Source of the DNA: Candidatus Moraniibacteriota bacterium
GTDB taxonomy: Bacteria > Patescibacteriota > Minisyncoccia > Moranbacterales > UBA1568
NCBI GenBank assembly: GCA_013334245.1
Contig: JAAXXZ010000002.1
Coordinates: 21,166 to 85,165 of the forward strand
Reading direction: 5' to 3'
DNA: 64,000 nt
A model generated the notes under the pieces. That model saw only the letters and a program-made list of their open reading frames with translations, was not told where the DNA came from and searched no databases. A program made the position numbers and the translations under genes. This document shows positions 27,675 through 37,249 of the stretch, piece by piece; positions within the stretch are counted from its first letter, which is position 1; each line of letters starts with the position of its first letter.

Positions 27675-28250
27675 ATGCAGAACGAAACGAACGAAAAGAA
27701 AAGTCCGGGAGTTTCCTCCGGAAGCGCCGCTTTGGTGCGCGTCGCGGTCGTTATCGGGATAGCGATACTCATAAATGTCTTTCTCGCGTACCTGGTGCGC
27801 GTATTCTATCTGGAACCGACGTATACGGATTTTTGTCCCGAGTCGCAGGTGGTGAAGCCCGTTTCGGATCAGGAATCCTGCCTGTCGATCGGTGGGCAGT
27901 GGAATGAATCGGGGACATCGGGGCCTGTTTTGGAGGGAAAGGGGTCCGATTCGGCGTACTGCAACGAGCAGTTCACCTGTTCGAAGGATTTCGAGACGGC
28001 GAATTCGCTCTACAATCGCAACCTGTTCATCGTCTTCGTCATTGCCGGCGCGGCATTGTTGCTTGGCAGTTCTTTTCTTACAGCCGCCCGAACGGTTTCC
28101 TCGGGATTGTCCCTGGGCGGTGTGATCGCGCTGATTTTCGGTTCTCTGCGATACTGGTCGGATATGGATGATCGGTTGCGGGTCGTCGTTTCCGGGGCGG
28201 CATTGCTCGCATTGCTCGCCATCGCATGGAGAAGGTTCAAGGACGAATAA
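27675..28250 (+). CDS. Hypothetical membrane protein
   Basis: N-terminal TM, Cys-containing extracytoplasmic segment, two C-terminal TM helices. Confidence 0.5.
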   Translation: MQNETNEKKSPGVSSGSAALVRVAVVIGIAILINVFLAYLVRVFYLEPTYTDFCPESQVVKPVSDQESCLSIGGQWNESGTSGPVLEGKGSDSAYCNEQFTCSKDFETANSLYNRNLFIVFVIAGAALLLGSSFLTAARTVSSGLSLGGVIALIFGSLRYWSDMDDRLRVVVSGAALLALLAIAWRRFKDE

Positions 28251-28861
28251 ACGTCGTACGGAATCATATGAAAAAGGGTGAGGAACAGATTGCGGCGGAT
28301 ACACGAAACACCGTCTCGAAACCGGGTATGTATCGGGAAAGCCGACGGGATGATTTACTCGGGAAGACCGTCATGTTCTCGGTGGCCGTCCTTGTTGTCG
28401 GCGTCGCGGCTTTTTTCGTGTATATCGCGTATCGCATGGCAGGCTCGGATGCGACGGAAGGCGCCTCGATAGCGTCTATCGCGAACGAGAATCAGACTCC
28501 CACAGACGCGAAGGAGACATCAAAAGCGGAAGAGGCGCCCATAACGGAAAAAAAGATCGAGGACGCGTCTTTCAAAAAAGACTCGGTTGCCATATCCGTA
28601 CTCAATGGCGGTGCCCCGAAAGGTTCCGCGGCGATTATCGCCGACATCTTGAAGTCCGACGGGTTTTCGAGGACGACGACGGGCAACTCTTCTGGTGACT
28701 ATTCTGGGTTGGTCGTGTATCGGAAAGAGGGGAATGAAGAGGCCGCCGAGGCGGTGAGAAAAACGCTTTCCGTGAAATATCCCTCTGTCAGCGTGAAAGC
28801 CGCCGATCTGAAAAACAGCGAGACGTCGGTAACTCCTGTCGTCGTCGTGTTCGGAAAATAA
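28226..28861 (+). CDS. LytR_C (cell-envelope related) domain protein, membrane anchored
   Basis: TM anchor then VAISVLNGGAPKGSAAIIADILKSDGF...VVYRKEGNEEAAEAVRKTL, typical of the LytR C-terminal domain. The start may be at 28269. Confidence 0.6.
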   Translation: MEKVQGRINVVRNHMKKGEEQIAADTRNTVSKPGMYRESRRDDLLGKTVMFSVAVLVVGVAAFFVYIAYRMAGSDATEGASIASIANENQTPTDAKETSKAEEAPITEKKIEDASFKKDSVAISVLNGGAPKGSAAIIADILKSDGFSRTTTGNSSGDYSGLVVYRKEGNEEAAEAVRKTLSVKYPSVSVKAADLKNSETSVTPVVVVFGK

Positions 28862-28888
28862 ACGTTCGATAAGCGTCAATACACAACT

Positions 28889-30490
28889 ATGAGGATCATC
28901 CGGAACAGGGTCTTTTTTTTGGTAAGTCTCATCGTTGCCGTGACGATGACGGTCATGTTCCTCGTGACCTCCTACTTTCTCATGAAGGGATTCGGACAGG
29001 AAGAGGTTTCCCGCGCAAACGAGGAAGCTAATCGCGCGACGGAGCTTCTTTCAAGCCAGATCGATCAGCTGAACCTGAAATTGGCCGATTGGGCCCAGTG
29101 GGACGACTCGTATGAGTTCATACAGGATTCGGATCCGGACTACATAAAGTCGAACGTGAACAACGAGGCGTTGAAGATTCTCGGCATCGAGTCGATGATC
29201 TTCGTCAATGATGAAGGGCGGATCGTCCAATCTCTCAGTATCGACCCCGAGACCGGGACCGAGATGTCGTTGCCGCGCGGCTTGGAGGAGCACCTTCGGA
29301 AGGGGGATTTCCTCGTCAGCCACGAGGATGTAAAGAGTGCGAAGAAGGGCGTGCTCAATCTCGATGATGGGCCCGTCATGGTCGCGTCTCAGCCTGTCGT
29401 GAAAAGCGACGGTGAGGGGCCTGCGAAGGGTACGATCGTTTTTGTCAGTTATCTTGATAAGAAGTGGCAGAAGGATTTTACGGGTATCATCCATTTTCCG
29501 TTTTCAGTCGCATCGTTCCGTGATCCGAGGCTTTCACGCGAATTTTCCCAGGCCAAAGCCGGGCTTTCCGCGGACCGGCCCGTAACGGTCACAGAGCTGA
29601 ACGATGAGACTCTTGCCGTGTTCGGGCTGATGCCGGACGTATACGGTGAGCCGGGACTGCTGTTTCGGATGGAGATTTCCCGGGACATGCATCAGCAGGG
29701 TATGCGGACCTTGTACGTTTTCGCTTTCCTGCTCGCGGCGATAGGCCTGTTGTTTTTCTTCTCGCTCTCCTCGCTTCTGCGTCGTGAGGTCCTCGCGAGG
29801 CTTGAACAATTGTCGGAGGTCGTTTCCGAGATACGGCTTTCCGGAGGCTCGAAGATTCCCCATATTTCAATTTCTGGAGACGATGAGATCGCACAGCTGG
29901 CCGAAAAAATCAACGAGATGGTCGACGTATTGCGCAAGACGAAGTTGCGCGGCGAGGAGAGCGAACGGCGTTTTCAGACGATCGCCGATACGACCCCTAT
30001 CATGATCTGGATGTCGGACAAAACAGGGCTGTTCACATATTTGAACAAGGGGTGGCTTGAATATACGGGAAGAGAGTTCGATGACGTGATCGGGGAGGGA
30101 TATATGCAGGATATCCACATTCTCGATCGGGAGAAGGCCGTTGCCGCGTATCGTGAGGCATTCGAGAAGAGGCGGCCGTTCCGCACGGAGTTCCGATTGA
30201 GGCGGCATGATGGCGAATATCGGTACATGTTGGGAAACGGCGTGCCATACTATGCCGCACTCGGGGAGTTCCTCGGGTATGTGGGTGTGTGTTTTGATAT
30301 ACAGGACCGGCATGCCGTGGAGATGAAGCGTGAGGAGCGTATCGAGGAAGTCGAAAAACTGAACGCGGTCATGATCAGCCGCGAGCTTCGTATGGTCGAG
30401 CTCAAGGAGGAAGTGAAGCGTCTGCGCAAGGAGCTGGACGAAATGGGCGCGGCGATGTCACGTAAGAAGTCGGGAAGATCGGAAAAGTGA
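28889..30490 (+). CDS. Sensor protein: 2-TM periplasmic CHASE4-like sensor domain - HAMP-like linker - PAS; lacks kinase core (probable N-terminal part of a split histidine kinase)
   Basis: TM1 (aa 8-30), about 240-aa periplasmic domain (LADWAQWDDSYEFIQDSDPDYIKSNVNNEALKILGIESMIFVNDEGRIV), TM2, amphipathic linker, PAS (IMIWMSDKTGLFTYLNKGWLEYTGREF...). There is no HisKA/HATPase domain. Confidence 0.75.
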   Translation: MRIIRNRVFFLVSLIVAVTMTVMFLVTSYFLMKGFGQEEVSRANEEANRATELLSSQIDQLNLKLADWAQWDDSYEFIQDSDPDYIKSNVNNEALKILGIESMIFVNDEGRIVQSLSIDPETGTEMSLPRGLEEHLRKGDFLVSHEDVKSAKKGVLNLDDGPVMVASQPVVKSDGEGPAKGTIVFVSYLDKKWQKDFTGIIHFPFSVASFRDPRLSREFSQAKAGLSADRPVTVTELNDETLAVFGLMPDVYGEPGLLFRMEISRDMHQQGMRTLYVFAFLLAAIGLLFFFSLSSLLRREVLARLEQLSEVVSEIRLSGGSKIPHISISGDDEIAQLAEKINEMVDVLRKTKLRGEESERRFQTIADTTPIMIWMSDKTGLFTYLNKGWLEYTGREFDDVIGEGYMQDIHILDREKAVAAYREAFEKRRPFRTEFRLRRHDGEYRYMLGNGVPYYAALGEFLGYVGVCFDIQDRHAVEMKREERIEEVEKLNAVMISRELRMVELKEEVKRLRKELDEMGAAMSRKKSGRSEK

Positions 30491-32280
30491 GCACTCATAT
30501 GGAAACAGGAACGACAAAAGTCGGCGCTTCGGGGCGAAGGATGTCCCCCCGGTCGCTCGATGCCGTGTCTGTCGCAAAAAACTCAGACAAAAAATTGGTA
30601 ATATCCGATGATGTGAACAGTGGCGATGTCGAGGACGTCGTATCGCTTGCTGAGCTGGAATCCCGCAACAGGACCCTTCGGAATACCGAGCGTGCCATCA
30701 TGAATGTTCTGGAGGATACGCTTGAAATCCAGGAGAAATATCGGTACGAGGCCGAGGAGCTTCGGAAGTTCCGCATGGCTGTTGACAATAGTCCTATCCA
30801 TACGGTGATAACGGATATCGACGGTCTTATCCTGTATGCCAACGATGCCGTCGAAAGGACAACGGGATATACCGCGGAGGAGATGTTCGGTGAGACGCCG
30901 CGACTGTGGGGGAAGCAGATGCCGATCGAATTCTATGAGGATCTCTGGAAAACCATAAAAACCCTCAAGAAGCCGTTTTTCAGCGAGATTACGAACAAAC
31001 GGAAAAATGGACGGCAGTATATAGTGGACGCGGGAATTTTTCCGTTGCTCGATGAGAAGGGAGACGTGAGTTTTTTTGTCGGGGTCGAGCGGGACGTCAC
31101 TCCCGAAAAGCGGTATCAGGAAGAGTTGCTTGCTCAGGCATCGGTTCTCGAAAAGACGAATATTGAAATCCTGAAGGAGAAGGAGCGCGCCGAAGGAGTG
31201 CTACGGTTCCTGCGCTCCATCGGCAGCGGGGTATTCGCGACCGATCGTGAAGGAAGAATCGTATTCATGAACAAGTCGGCGGAAGATCTGACGGGATATC
31301 CGGTGTCCGACACCGAAGGAAGCCATTATTCGAAGATATTCTGCTTTTCGTTCGAACATAATCGTACGCCGGGCTGTGCGAGAATAGTCGAGGAGGCTAT
31401 CGATGAAAATCGGTCGGATCGGGGCGGCGCGACCCGTATCGTCATTACCCGTCGGGATGGGGAGGAAGTTCCCGTCACGTATACGGCCGCGCCGATACGC
31501 GATGCGGAGGGGGTGGCGATCGGCTGCATCGTGACGTTGGAAGACGCGAGCCGGGACCGGCAGACGGAAGCCCTCCGTGATGACTTTCTTTCGGTCGCGG
31601 CTCATCAGCTTCGTACTCCGCTTACCGGCATCCGCTGGGGACTCGAGTTGCTGCTCGAAGAGAAAGACGTTCCCGAATCCGTCCGGAAAGAGTTGACCAA
31701 GATCCACGAAAGCAGCCGTCAGATGTCGTACCTCATTGACGGACTTATCGATGAGTCAAGGTTGGACCAGGTGATCCGCACGGAAATGCCCGAGTGCGTC
31801 GATCCGGCCAATATCGTGGCGGAAGTGGTGGACGGCTTGCGTTCCGAGGCGAAACGGATCGGAACGAAAATGTCGTTGCATTCCGAGGGAAAGGGTGGGG
31901 CCATGGTCGTCCCACGCGCCGGATTGTTGGAGGTCGTGCGAAATATCGTTTCGAATGCCGTGAAATACAGTCGCAAGGGAGGGTCGGTGGAGATAGTGAC
32001 GTCACGTAAGGACGGATATTTCCTCGTGAGCGTCGCAGACAGCGGCATAGGGATACCGAAGAGCGAACAGGACCGCGTATTCTCGAAATTCTTCCGGGCG
32101 ACGAATGCCGTACTGAAGGAAAGCGAGGGTGCCGGAATCGGGCTTTCGGCGGTGAAGTCATTTCTTGACGGGATGGGCGGTCGGATCTGGTTTGAGAGCG
32201 AGGAGGGCGTCGGTACGACGTTTTACGTCGAGGTTCCCGATCTGTCGGCTTCGAAACATGGGAAGCGTAAGGCAAAATGA
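30487..32280 (+). CDS. PAS-PAS-HisKA-HATPase_c histidine kinase (C-terminal part of split sensor kinase)
   Basis: Two PAS domains, an H-box (LSVAAHQLRTPLTGIRWGLELL), and N/G1/G2 boxes (NAVKYSRKGGSV, DSGIGIP, GAGIGLS). The GTG start overlaps the upstream stop (GTGA). An alternative ATG lies at 30499. Confidence 0.85.
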   Translation: MSTHMETGTTKVGASGRRMSPRSLDAVSVAKNSDKKLVISDDVNSGDVEDVVSLAELESRNRTLRNTERAIMNVLEDTLEIQEKYRYEAEELRKFRMAVDNSPIHTVITDIDGLILYANDAVERTTGYTAEEMFGETPRLWGKQMPIEFYEDLWKTIKTLKKPFFSEITNKRKNGRQYIVDAGIFPLLDEKGDVSFFVGVERDVTPEKRYQEELLAQASVLEKTNIEILKEKERAEGVLRFLRSIGSGVFATDREGRIVFMNKSAEDLTGYPVSDTEGSHYSKIFCFSFEHNRTPGCARIVEEAIDENRSDRGGATRIVITRRDGEEVPVTYTAAPIRDAEGVAIGCIVTLEDASRDRQTEALRDDFLSVAAHQLRTPLTGIRWGLELLLEEKDVPESVRKELTKIHESSRQMSYLIDGLIDESRLDQVIRTEMPECVDPANIVAEVVDGLRSEAKRIGTKMSLHSEGKGGAMVVPRAGLLEVVRNIVSNAVKYSRKGGSVEIVTSRKDGYFLVSVADSGIGIPKSEQDRVFSKFFRATNAVLKESEGAGIGLSAVKSFLDGMGGRIWFESEEGVGTTFYVEVPDLSASKHGKRKAK

Positions 32281-32369
32281 ATCAAAGCGGTCTTTTCGTG
32301 GAAGGGTGAGTGAAGCGGCGCAAGGCGACAGGGCATAATTTTGTCGAAATAAGTATTCCAAGAACGCGT

Positions 32370-32747
32370 ATGGCGTCAACGAAAGGAAATGTGTTAGTCG
32401 TCGAAGACGACGAGTTTATCTCTGCAATCTATGAGAAGAAGCTGACGACGGAGGGATATTCGGTCAGATTGGCGAAAAACGGCGAAGAGGCGCTTCGGAT
32501 GATGCGCGAGGAACGGCCAGACGTCGTCTTGCTCGATATTATTATGCCGATAAAGGACGGGTTTGATACGTTGACGGAGATGCGGGCGGACGAACACCTG
32601 AAAGACATACGAGTGGCTGTGCTTTCGAATCTGAGCGATGACCGTGAAATGGGTCGTATGAAAGAGCTTCACGCGATAGACTACCTCGTCAAGGCGAACG
32701 TGTCGGTTCAGGAACTGGCTGGGAAGGTCGCGGCCTATATTGGCTGA
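32370..32747 (+). CDS. Single-domain response regulator (CheY-like receiver)
   Basis: NVLVVEDDEF...DVVLLDIIMP (phospho-acceptor Asp)...VAVLSNLS...K. The track ORF starts at 32310, but MASTKGNVLVV is the more typical start. Confidence 0.85.
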   Translation: MASTKGNVLVVEDDEFISAIYEKKLTTEGYSVRLAKNGEEALRMMREERPDVVLLDIIMPIKDGFDTLTEMRADEHLKDIRVAVLSNLSDDREMGRMKELHAIDYLVKANVSVQELAGKVAAYIG

Positions 32748-33846
32748 ATTGGCGACGGAAAAGGGAACGAGTATGTCTGAAGTATTCCATGTCAAACGCC
32801 GACAGATCGGCGCACTGTATCGGCTGTGTGCGTTGTTCGTATTCGTTTTCCCGGCGAGTGCGAATTATCAGCTGCAGGGATACGGATTCGGAAGCGGAGG
32901 GGAGGAGAATGCGACGTCGGCGAATTACGCGCTGGACGCCATGACCGGTGAGACCGGAGCGAGCAATCTGGTTGGAGCGAATTATTCTCTGGGCGCCGGG
33001 CTTTCGTTTGCCCAGCAGGCGGATGTGCCGGCTGCCCCGACGTTCACGAATCCGAGCAATTATTACAACAAGCTCCATCTCGTCATCAATACGTCCGGCA
33101 ACGCGAGCGATGCACTCTTTGCGATCGCCATCAGCACGGACGGTTTTGCGACCACGAACTACGTGAAAAGCGACCATACGGTCGGTGCCACGCTCACGCT
33201 TTCCGACTATCAGACCTATGCGGCCTGGGGCGGCGCAACGGGTATCGATGTTATCGGACTCACCGCAAATACGACGTACCAGGTGAAGGCCAAGGCCATG
33301 CACGGCAAATTCACGGAAACCGGATACGGTCCGACTGCGAGCGCGGCCACCGTCAATCCGACGCTTTCCTTCGGTATCACGACCGATACGCAATCGAGCC
33401 CGCCGTTTTCCGTCGATTTCGGCGTCATGGTTCCCGGATCGGTCAATACGAGTCCTCATCAGGTCAACGTCACCATGAATACGAACGGGGCGAACGGGGG
33501 ACAGGTATACCTATCCGGTGCTAATGCTGGTTTGCGGAGTGCCGGCGTCAGTTACACGATCGCCGCGGTGTCCGGAAACCTCTCGTCGCTGTCCGAAGGA
33601 TTCGGCGCACAGGGGATTTCCGCGACCCAGACATCCGGTGGCCCGTTCACGATCGCGACGCTTTACAATCAGGGGAGTGATATCGTTGGCATCACCGATA
33701 CGAACGTGCGGACCATTTTCACCAGCGCGGGACCTGTGGTCGGCGCAGCCGGATCGTTCAATTTCAAGGCGAAGCCGTCCTCGATCGCACCCGCCGCAAG
33801 CGATTATTCGGAAACGCTGACGATAGTGGCAGCGGGTAGTTTCTGA
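32740..33846 (+). CDS. Secreted Thr/Ser/Gly/Ala-rich protein, paralog A (C-terminal ...DYSETLTIVAAGSF; SCPU/Csu-pilin-like C-terminal motif suspected)
   Basis: N-terminal hydrophobic signal (ALYRLCALFVFVFPASA), beta-rich low-complexity body, and a C-terminal motif shared with the next ORF. Confidence 0.65.
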   Translation: MAELATEKGTSMSEVFHVKRRQIGALYRLCALFVFVFPASANYQLQGYGFGSGGEENATSANYALDAMTGETGASNLVGANYSLGAGLSFAQQADVPAAPTFTNPSNYYNKLHLVINTSGNASDALFAIAISTDGFATTNYVKSDHTVGATLTLSDYQTYAAWGGATGIDVIGLTANTTYQVKAKAMHGKFTETGYGPTASAATVNPTLSFGITTDTQSSPPFSVDFGVMVPGSVNTSPHQVNVTMNTNGANGGQVYLSGANAGLRSAGVSYTIAAVSGNLSSLSEGFGAQGISATQTSGGPFTIATLYNQGSDIVGITDTNVRTIFTSAGPVVGAAGSFNFKAKPSSIAPAASDYSETLTIVAAGSF

Positions 33847-33897
33847 TCGATGTGACTCAAATGATTCTTAGCGACGGTTTTGGACGCTTGTCGAAAT

Positions 33898-33909
33898 AAG
33901 TGCTATAAT
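33898..33909 (+). promoter_or_regulatory. Extended -10 promoter (TGcTATAAT) upstream of paralog B
   Basis: gtgctataat about 40 nt upstream of the 33948 ATG. Confidence 0.4.
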
Positions 33910-33947
33910 TTCACCAAGATTTCCGAAACGCAAAGTCGCAAACGAGT

Positions 33948-34997
33948 ATGGAATTCAAAGGAAAGAAAATCGTCTCGATAATCGGCGTGGTCGCCATCCT
34001 CGTGGCGATAGTGGCGCCGATCGTGATGATTCAGAACGCGAAAGCTTCCGGTCTTACGCAGGCATACGTACGTCTGGATCGACTGAAGACCGCGACCGCG
34101 ACTACGGGTTTGGTGTGCGCGCGACCGACGACCGCAACGACAACGAATATTGATGTCGCAGTCACTTTTCCGACCGTTGCCGTTACGAATTATATCGTCA
34201 GTTCGACGGCATCGAAATGGGCGGCAACCGGTTCCAATATCCCAACAGGAACGACTGCATGGCCGGGAATAGCATCGGCCACGGTGACAGTTTCCGGGCA
34301 AAAGGTCACGTGGACCTATGCTGCACAGACGCTCAATACCGGTACGACATATTGCTTCACGTGGGCAGATTCGACGGCACTGACGACGTCAGCTGCCGGA
34401 GTGGATCAGTTGGGTCTTATCGAGCTGCATAATACCGGTCCGACGCTTACGGATTCCTCACAATATGCGCTTTCAATCATCGCCAACGATCAGGTATTGA
34501 TTACCGGTACGGTAAATCCAACCTTTACCTTCAGTCTCTCACAGACTTCTACCTCGTTCTCCAGTATCGGTACATCCGTAGTCAATGCCAGTCCGACTCC
34601 CGTCGTCTCGGTTACGACCAATGCGAGGAACGGATATACGGCCTGGGTGCAGGACGCAAATAATGGAACGCTGAATTCGGCTGGTGCAAGTACCAATATT
34701 CCCGCTCCGGGCGCTGTCGGTTCGAATTACGATCTGGCGACACTGACGGCTAACGGCGCGTTCGGACTCGGTGTCACCGTAAGCGGCGGCAGTACGACTG
34801 CGGCTACGGAATACAACGGGGCTACGACGGGTCATGCCGGAGCATTGTCCACGTCTTTTCGACCGATGGCTTCCTCGACGACAGTTTCAGCAGGGGATAC
34901 GATAACGATGATTCCACGAGCTATCGCGAAAAGCACACAGGCACCGGCCAACGACTATACGGATACGCTGACGGTAGTTGCTGCCGGACAATTCTAA
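33948..34997 (+). CDS. Secreted Thr/Ser/Gly/Ala-rich protein, paralog B (C-terminal ...DYTDTLTVVAAGQF)
   Basis: Signal/TM (IVSIIGVVAILVAIVAPIV), a similar composition, and a C-terminal motif matching paralog A. A terminator follows at 35006-35041. Confidence 0.65.
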   Translation: MEFKGKKIVSIIGVVAILVAIVAPIVMIQNAKASGLTQAYVRLDRLKTATATTGLVCARPTTATTTNIDVAVTFPTVAVTNYIVSSTASKWAATGSNIPTGTTAWPGIASATVTVSGQKVTWTYAAQTLNTGTTYCFTWADSTALTTSAAGVDQLGLIELHNTGPTLTDSSQYALSIIANDQVLITGTVNPTFTFSLSQTSTSFSSIGTSVVNASPTPVVSVTTNARNGYTAWVQDANNGTLNSAGASTNIPAPGAVGSNYDLATLTANGAFGLGVTVSGGSTTAATEYNGATTGHAGALSTSFRPMASSTTVSAGDTITMIPRAIAKSTQAPANDYTDTLTVVAAGQF

Positions 34998-35005
34998 AGC
35001 CTGAA

Positions 35006-35041
35006 GGCCTCTAAGGCCCCGGAGAAGTCCGGGGCTTTTTA
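35006..35041 (+). terminator. Rho-independent terminator
   Basis: gccccggagaagtccggggcttttt. Confidence 0.7.
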
Positions 35042-35051
35042 ATAACGAAAA

Positions 35052-36182
35052 ATGGTGTATAATTGGGGCATTACAGATATCATCCCTATGATCCAAAACT
35101 TCTTCCGAAGAATCGGAACAGTCGGGGTTCTCGTTACGTCTCTTATTTGCTTCTACCCGATTGCCTCTCAGGCACAATCAACCGGCGAACTGCGTCTGAC
35201 CACATCGCCATTGCCAATCAATCTGAAGGTGGCGCCGGGATCGTCGGTGTCCGCGCCTATCAAGATTAAGAATGACGGGAATCTGAACGAGAATCTCAAG
35301 GTGATTCTGATGAAGTTCAAGGCGGATTCGGATACCGGCGTAGCGCAGTTGGTGGAGCGCGGGCCTTCGGACAGCTATTTCGATTGGGTCACCTTTTCCG
35401 ATCCGACGTTCACACTGACTCCGAACGAGTGGAAGACCGTCACCGCGACGTTCAATGTCCCGTCGACGGCGGCGTTCGACTATTACTACGCCATCGTCTT
35501 TTTCCGGGCGGATCAGCAGGTCGGTGCCGGAGATCGGCAAGCGGTTCTCAATGGGGGCACGGCAACGCTTGTATTGCTGACCGCCGACGTACCGAACGCG
35601 AAGAAGCAGTTGAATCTTGATTCGTTCTCCGTTGACAAGAACATCTTTGAGTTTCTGCCGGCGACATTCGATGTCCGAATCAGGAATACCGGTGATGTCC
35701 ATGTGATTCCACACGGGAACATCTTCATCAGCGATCAGGGCGGGAAGGATGTCGCCACGCTCAACGTCAACGATACACAGGGCTCCATACTTCCGGACTC
35801 GCCGCGTGATTTTCAATCGGCTTGGAGTGACGGTTTCCCAAAATACGTTTTTAAGGAAGAGAACGGAGTGAAGACGAAAGATTCCAAAGGGAATCCGATT
35901 CAGGAACTGAACTGGAACTGGGCAGATGCCGCGAAACTGCGGTGGGGAAAATATACCGCGAAGATGGTCATGGTGTATGACGACGGCCGTCGGGACGTAC
36001 CGATCGAAGCTGAGGCCTCCTTCTGGGTCATACCGTGGAGACTGATCGGTGGATCGCTGGTGATACTCCTGCTCGTCCTCATCGGATTGAGATCGGCCCT
36101 GCTCAATTTCTGGAACCGACTGCGGCGTGTTTCCGGCGGGAAGTCGGGCACCGGAAGCGGAACGGGACAGAAGAAGAAATAA
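35052..36182 (+). CDS. Cell-surface protein with signal peptide and C-terminal TM anchor (DUF916/DUF3324-like architecture), paralog 1
   Basis: Signal peptide (VTSLICFYPIASQAQS), beta-sandwich-like body (LRLTTSPLPINLKVAPGSSVSAPIKIKNDGNLNENLKV...), C-terminal TM (LIGGSLVILLLVLIGL), and a basic/Gly tail. Clear paralogy with the 36323 ORF. Confidence 0.65.
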   Translation: MVYNWGITDIIPMIQNFFRRIGTVGVLVTSLICFYPIASQAQSTGELRLTTSPLPINLKVAPGSSVSAPIKIKNDGNLNENLKVILMKFKADSDTGVAQLVERGPSDSYFDWVTFSDPTFTLTPNEWKTVTATFNVPSTAAFDYYYAIVFFRADQQVGAGDRQAVLNGGTATLVLLTADVPNAKKQLNLDSFSVDKNIFEFLPATFDVRIRNTGDVHVIPHGNIFISDQGGKDVATLNVNDTQGSILPDSPRDFQSAWSDGFPKYVFKEENGVKTKDSKGNPIQELNWNWADAAKLRWGKYTAKMVMVYDDGRRDVPIEAEASFWVIPWRLIGGSLVILLLVLIGLRSALLNFWNRLRRVSGGKSGTGSGTGQKKK

Positions 36183-36322
36183 CACCGTGTAAGAGTCGTC
36201 GCGACACATCAGATCGGCTATCTACGTAGCCGATTTGATTGTCACTGGTATACTTGAAGATATCGACGCGGGGTGAACGGCGGATTCGGATCCGTACATG
36301 CGTCGAAGAATGATCAAACGAT

Positions 36323-37249
36323 ATGAAGCATGTATTTTCAGTGTCGGTACTGCTCGCAGGGCTTTTCCTTCCCCTTCCATTTTCAAGATGTTTCGCCGAG
36401 TCGGCTCCCGCATCCGGATTCACTATCAGTCCGTTCTATCGGGAAATAGACATCCAAAAGAGTCAGGAAAGGGTTTCCTTCGCGATCGACGTGACGAATA
36501 ATTCCCAACAGATCGCGGAATTCCGCGTTTCAGTGCTCGATTTCGGCGCGCTCGACGAGACGGGCGGCGTCGCCTTTCTGGGATCATCGGATTCTTTGAA
36601 GTATGCACTCGCTTCCTGGGTGCAACTTGAGAACGATACGCTCCTTATCAAGGCCGGCGAGACCCAGACCGTCAGGGGGTATGTCGAAAACAGGGATTCC
36701 CTGTCACCCGGGGGTCATTACGGGGCGATTTATCTGAAATCCGAAGGGCCGGGTGTCTCCGCTGAAACGCGCCGGAATGTCGCCTTCGACCCGTCCATGG
36801 CATCGCTCCTGTTCGTCCGTAAAGTCGGCGGCGAGGTATACGATATGCGGCTTGATGGTCGGGAGTATCCGCAGTCGCTTTTCACACTTCCATCGTCGGT
36901 CACGCTTCGGTTTCAAAATATCGGAAACGTGCATGTCATACCGCGCGGAACGGTCAAGATCACAGATCCTCTCGGTCGTGTCGTGCGGAGCGGGGTTATC
37001 AATGAGCAGTCTGGTATCGTCCTGCCGGAGGCGTTCCGGAAGCTGTCGGCGAACCTGATGCGTGTGGAAACGCCTTTCATCCCCGGCCGATACACCGTGA
37101 CGATCGGCTACCGGTATGACGGAAAGGATTCAACCGACAGCAATATATCGGATTATATCTACATACCGCCCATCTTCGCACTGGCAATGGCCGTCATTGT
37201 AGTACTATCCATGCTTACGTTCCGTTATCTGCGCGCAAAAAACGTATGA
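36323..37249 (+). CDS. Cell-surface protein with signal peptide and C-terminal TM anchor, paralog 2
   Basis: Signal peptide (VSVLLAGLFLPLPFSRCFAES), shared motifs with paralog 1 (GHYGAIYLKS vs YYYAIVFFRAD; NVHVIPRGTVKITD vs DVHVIPHGNIFISD), C-terminal TM. Confidence 0.65.
   Translation: MKHVFSVSVLLAGLFLPLPFSRCFAESAPASGFTISPFYREIDIQKSQERVSFAIDVTNNSQQIAEFRVSVLDFGALDETGGVAFLGSSDSLKYALASWVQLENDTLLIKAGETQTVRGYVENRDSLSPGGHYGAIYLKSEGPGVSAETRRNVAFDPSMASLLFVRKVGGEVYDMRLDGREYPQSLFTLPSSVTLRFQNIGNVHVIPRGTVKITDPLGRVVRSGVINEQSGIVLPEAFRKLSANLMRVETPFIPGRYTVTIGYRYDGKDSTDSNISDYIYIPPIFALAMAVIVVLSMLTFRYLRAKNV

Noticed and set aside
35178-36209. 343-aa minus-strand ORF antisense to the DUF916-like paralog 1
   Set aside because: The sense strand has a signal peptide, a TM anchor and paralogy with the next gene. 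The antisense frame is Arg-rich.
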